Assembly: GCA_012798115.1 (NCBI GenBank)
Contig: JAAZNV010000012.1
Span: forward strand, 1-63,751
Length of the DNA stretch: 63,751 nucleotides
From: a candidate division WWE3 bacterium
Lineage (GTDB): Bacteria > Patescibacteriota > WWE3 > UBA101185 > UBA10185
Reading direction: 5' to 3'
This document shows positions 58,943 through 63,751 of this stretch, in pieces. The first letter of the stretch is position 1. Each line of letters starts with the position of its first letter. The translations under genes were made by a program, and so were the position numbers. The notes below the pieces were generated by a model. The model was not told where the DNA came from. It saw nothing but the letters and a program-made list of their open reading frames with translations, and searched no databases.

Positions 58943-60444
58943 ATCTTTGCTTTCTCCATGTAATCAACCAACTCTTTATGCTGTGCACTTATTTTTCCAA
59001 GAATAGAATTAAAATCATCAGACGAGTTGATAATCTTTTTTAACTTGTCTCTAAATATAGGATCCTTATCATAAAGCTTCTGTGCTTGAGCCCTATAAAA
59101 TCTAATTTTTCCAATGGTTTCTTCCTTCAAAATCCCAGACCATATCATAACAAAGAGGAATATCTGTACGTCAATTGAAAGGATTTCTTCGGTAGTTTGA
59201 TCAAAAAATTGATCCAACTTCTTTCCCATCTCAAGGGTAGCTTTTATACCCTCATTCAACTCTGCTCCAAAGTGTATAAACCTTTCAGTCTTACTGTGAA
59301 GATAAAAGAAACTGGACAACTCTCTATTTATCCCCCATTTCACCTTGCTTTGAGTTTGTCTTCCAACTCTTGTAACAGAAAGAAAGTAGTTAATTGCTGG
59401 CTTCTTTCCTGACTTAAAAAGGGACTGATCAAAGAATATATGTCCATCAGTAATAGACATTAAGTTAGTTTGAATATAACCAGTAATATCACCTTCTATG
59501 GCTTCTGCCAAAGGAAGACATGTGATTGAAGATACTTTATTTCCAAACTTAAAATTTCCTGCTCTTTCAAGAAGCCTAGAATGAGCATAAAAGACATCAC
59601 CAGGATAAGAATCTCTACCTGGAAATTTTTTAGCAATCAATGATAATTCTCTGTAGAATTTTGCATGGGTAGAAAGATCGTCCAGTATTAATAAAACATC
59701 TTTGCCTTTATCTCTAAAATACTCTGCTATTGTCATAGCAGTATATGGAGTAAGATATATGTTTGCAATTGGATCAGATGAGCCAGAAGCAACGATGATG
59801 GTTCTATTCATTACACCGCTTCTTACTAACTGATTTTCAACTTTTTTAATAGAATGAAGCTTCTTACCAATACCTGCGTAAATGCACACCGTTCCAAGCT
59901 TAGCTTGAGATAGCATTACTTGCATAGCAAATGTTGTCTTACCAGTATTTCTATCTCCTATCACAAGTTCCCTCTGCCCTCTGCCTAAAGGTATAAGGAA
60001 ATCTACTAAAGAAACACCTGTCTCAAGTGGCACAGTAATTCTTTCTCTAAAATTGATGGGGGGAGGAGAAGCATTAGTATCCCTAAACTCACTAATTCCT
60101 GTTATCACCTTATTTTCATGCATAGAGTTTCCCAAGGAATCCACTACATTTCCAAGCAAGCCATCACCAACAGGTATATGAAGAATCTCATTTGATCTTG
60201 AAACCTTTTCCCCTACTAAAACAGGAGTGTTTCTAAAAACCATTACTTCTACATAATCTTCAAGAAGAGACGTAACAATACCCATACAACCTGACTCAAA
60301 GTACACTACTTCAGACAACCTGGCTTTAGGAAGGCCATTGATGTAGACAATGGGATGTGTTACCTCATCAACAAAACCAGTTTCCTTGTTTCTATCTAGT
60401 GAGATATTAAAGTTTTCTTTATAAATATCTACTAATGGCATCAT
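58939..60444 (-). CDS. atpA: F1 ATPase alpha subunit (divergent)
   Basis: GRGQRELVIGDRNTGKT, PGRDSYPGDVFYAHSRLLERA, YIQTNLMSITDG, SVTRVG. Confidence 0.95.
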
Positions 60445-60949
60445 TTTTCTCTAAATAACCTACTAAGAAACTCTTAAGAGTTACATCAACATACCTACCA
60501 CCTACATACAACTTCATTCCCCCAGTAATGGAATTATCAACATTAAAGTCTAATAAAAAATTACTCTTATCAACGCCACAACTTTTTATCTCCCCTACAA
60601 TCTGATACAAATTTTCGATAAAACAATCAGATGGAGTAAAAGATAATTCAACTTTTACCAGTAAGGCCTTGCTTATCTCTTCCTGTAGATCTAAAAGAAA
60701 GTTCCTTACAACGTTGCTGTTACCTTTCTCCAATAATTCCACTTCTAAAACCTCAAACCAAGAAGGAACATTATCACCATAGTTCTTTTCAGCCATCTTC
60801 TTAATGTCAAAACCATCTGTACTAAACATTCCTTGCAATACAAGTCTAATAAAATCACTAGCTTGATTAGCTTTTTCCTTTGTTTTTAACGAACTAAAGA
60901 AACTACTTCTAAACTTTTTGCTCACAGCTGATTGAATCTTCTCGTTCAT
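60419..60949 (-). CDS. atpH: ATPase delta/OSCP-like subunit
   Basis: C-terminal VDNSITGGMKLYVGGRYVDVTL resembles the delta C-terminal motif. Confidence 0.7.
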   Translation of the reverse strand: MNEKIQSAVSKKFRSSFFSSLKTKEKANQASDFIRLVLQGMFSTDGFDIKKMAEKNYGDNVPSWFEVLEVELLEKGNSNVVRNFLLDLQEEISKALLVKVELSFTPSDCFIENLYQIVGEIKSCGVDKSNFLLDFNVDNSITGGMKLYVGGRYVDVTLKSFLVGYLEKNDAISRYL

Positions 60950-60968
60950 AAACTACCTCAACAAATAA

Positions 60969-61757
60969 CTACTCCCTTAATGTTGAATTTGGGGTGTAAC
61001 CCATACCAGACTTATTAATTTCTTCCTTTAACAACTCTAAAATCAGTTTTTCATGCTTTATTTGATCTAAATCTTGCATTATCACTCTTGAATATACTTC
61101 TGATAAGATATCAAAAATCTTGTTGTTAAGGTTTTTTATCTTTTCTTGCTTGTACAACTCTAACTCGTTCTCAACTTTAGAATATTCCATTTGAATCTTC
61201 CCCTCTAAAGCCCTTTTAGCTCCTAAGGTTTCCTCTTTTATTGCCGTTTTTAGTTCATCTACTCCAGACAGGGCCTCCCTTTTCATTGCTTCAGTTGTTT
61301 CATAAAGTGTCCTAATATTTTCTTCCTTACCTTGTTGAACGGCGTGCTTATAAGATTGGAGTAATTCCTTATTTATATCTTCTAAAGACTCTGCTTGCTT
61401 TTTGTATATTTCAGATAAATTATCATCTAATTCCTTTCTACTTTCTTGAGTGATAGCATATGTGCTTCTTAAAACATTTTGTGCTTTCAATTGTGCTCTG
61501 CTTAAAATTCTTAAGGAATCTGTTCTTGCTTTGTCCAATATTTGTAGAGCATCTTGATAAGCATCTTCTCCTATATCATCCATGCTCATTGCTTTCTTTT
61601 TCTTTCTTCTTTTTAAGTTTTTTTTGTTGAGAACAACTACAACATACACAAAAAGAAGAAATGCCATCACGATCAATAGGCAACCAACGACAACTAAATG
61701 AGTATCCCCGGTAAAAAGAAACTCGTCTGTAAAGTACATAGGCAGATTCAATTTCAT
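60969..61757 (-). CDS. ATPase b-like subunit (TM plus long coiled coil)
   Basis: Single N-terminal TM, basic patch, ~200 aa helical region; position upstream of delta. Confidence 0.6.
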   Translation of the reverse strand: MKLNLPMYFTDEFLFTGDTHLVVVGCLLIVMAFLLFVYVVVVLNKKNLKRRKKKKAMSMDDIGEDAYQDALQILDKARTDSLRILSRAQLKAQNVLRSTYAITQESRKELDDNLSEIYKKQAESLEDINKELLQSYKHAVQQGKEENIRTLYETTEAMKREALSGVDELKTAIKEETLGAKRALEGKIQMEYSKVENELELYKQEKIKNLNNKIFDILSEVYSRVIMQDLDQIKHEKLILELLKEEINKSGMGYTPNSTLRE

Positions 61758-61831
61758 ATAGTTATTATAATCACAGAAAAGTCAATAATCTAGCTGCTAG
61801 TGCTAATATTAGCTACCAGAAGCTTTAAGGA

Positions 61832-62608
<777 letters not shown>

Positions 62609-63348
62609 TCATAGTTAAAAAACTAAGAACAAGCAACAGCACGACATATTTACCTTTAAATGCTCATATTTCTTAGAACAGAAACCTAGGTAACATAAAA
62701 ACATGCGTTCTTATAACGAGCTGAAAATGTCATATTGAAATAGAACAAAAAATTTCAAACTTTGCCAAATGCTCTATCTAAAGCAAGAAAATTATGACAA
62801 CAGACAAAAGCTAATTTTATAGACATTTTGCAAATGTTATAGAAGTAAAGTGTTTTTTAAGATTCTAAATTCCACTTCTTAACCAAATCTATTAAGCAAA
62901 GCAACTATCAATCTATCTAATAACTATCTAGGTCTTTCACCTATTAGGACATGAAAACAAATTAAAATACTTATTGATAAATAATAAACTTCTCACTAAT
63001 GTAAAACCAGACAAAAATTATTGTATTAAAATAATGCATATCTGATTTTTTATGCTCTGTAAACTCAATAAGATAATCTTAGATATAAATATAAAAACAA
63101 ATATGGAGTAATTAAGATAATCAATAAGTTAGTTTATTTTACATAGAGAAATTTAAACTAAAGTTTCGTTGAAATCCAGAACACAACATTGTATTTGTAT
63201 AGAAGAAATATTAATACTAAAGCAAAAACATAGGCATCTTATATAAGACAAAATCTACGAAGAACTACTATGAACAATATGACAAAATATAATCGAGTAA
63301 AATGAGACATCAAAACCTTTCCAAAACTCGTCAGCAAAATAAAAATGC

Positions 63349-63377
63349 TTGACAATCACATATAACATTTCTACAAT
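63349..63377 (+). promoter_or_regulatory. Sigma70 promoter of the MerR-HTH gene
   Basis: TTGACA-17-TACAAT. Confidence 0.7.
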
Positions 63378-63431
63378 TACATTAAACTCTACCAAATATT
63401 ATTGTAGCAATATTTAGTAAAGTTTTTTGAT

Positions 63432-63751
63432 ATGGATCTGCCTGCCCAAGAAAACACAAAAAAACATATAGACTCAAAATATAACTTTCATAGATTTAAC
63501 TACTTGAAGGTTTCTCAAGCTGCAAAAATTCTAGGGGTATCTTCTTCTTCACTCAGACGTCTTGAAAACGAAGGAAGAATTTCTTCCGAAAGACTTCCTG
63601 AGAATAACTACAGAGTGTATAGACTTGATCTTATAAACCAATTGAAATCAGAGTTGGAGGAGATTCAAGACCCATTCACTAAGGAAAAGGGTTCAAAAGT
63701 GGTTAATGTCAAAAACCTTTTTGTGATACCAAAAACCATAGATGTAAGACC
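63432..63751 (+). CDS. MerR-type HTH domain protein, N-terminal part (runs off the window)
   Basis: Manual translation: ...YLKVSQAAKILGVSSSSLRRLENEGRISSERLPENNYRVYRLDLI... Confidence 0.85.
   Translation, partial: MDLPAQENTKKHIDSKYNFHRFNYLKVSQAAKILGVSSSSLRRLENEGRISSERLPENNYRVYRLDLINQLKSELEEIQDPFTKEKGSKVVNVKNLFVIPKTIDVR

Overview
AT-rich chromosomal segment of a reduced-genome bacterium, most consistent with CPR/Patescibacteria (Microgenomates/WWE3-like). This assignment is inferred from gene content, short EF-Ts/RF1, widespread near-leaderless genes and CPR-type hypothetical proteins. Most of the window is housekeeping: efp, dnaB, hisS, rpmE, prfA, rpsF-ssb-rpsR, ychF, tgt, cysS, recR-dnaX, pth, ybeY, rpsU, rseP, frr-tsf-rpsB, tdk, topA, def-fmt, rpmB, secE-nusG-rplK-rplA, five tRNAs and a probable 6S RNA. 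The most unusual parts are: (1) a very divergent F1-type ATPase cluster with no subunit a, preceded by a secreted-domain protein ending in a c-subunit-like GRNP hairpin that lacks the proton-binding carboxylate; (2) a TrmB regulator divergent from a ~600-nt structured non-coding transcript leading into four small genes, one Csx3/Crn3-like, punctuated by a repeated covarying hairpin; (3) three further orphan structured ncRNA candidates with their own promoters; (4) a G10-interrupted, apparently circularly permuted metallophosphoesterase; (5) an Lgt-DksA fusion in frame with lspA; and (6) a set of Shine-Dalgarno-led single-gene units contrasting with near-leaderless core genes. All calls are by-eye motif recognition; no database searches or folding programs were run.
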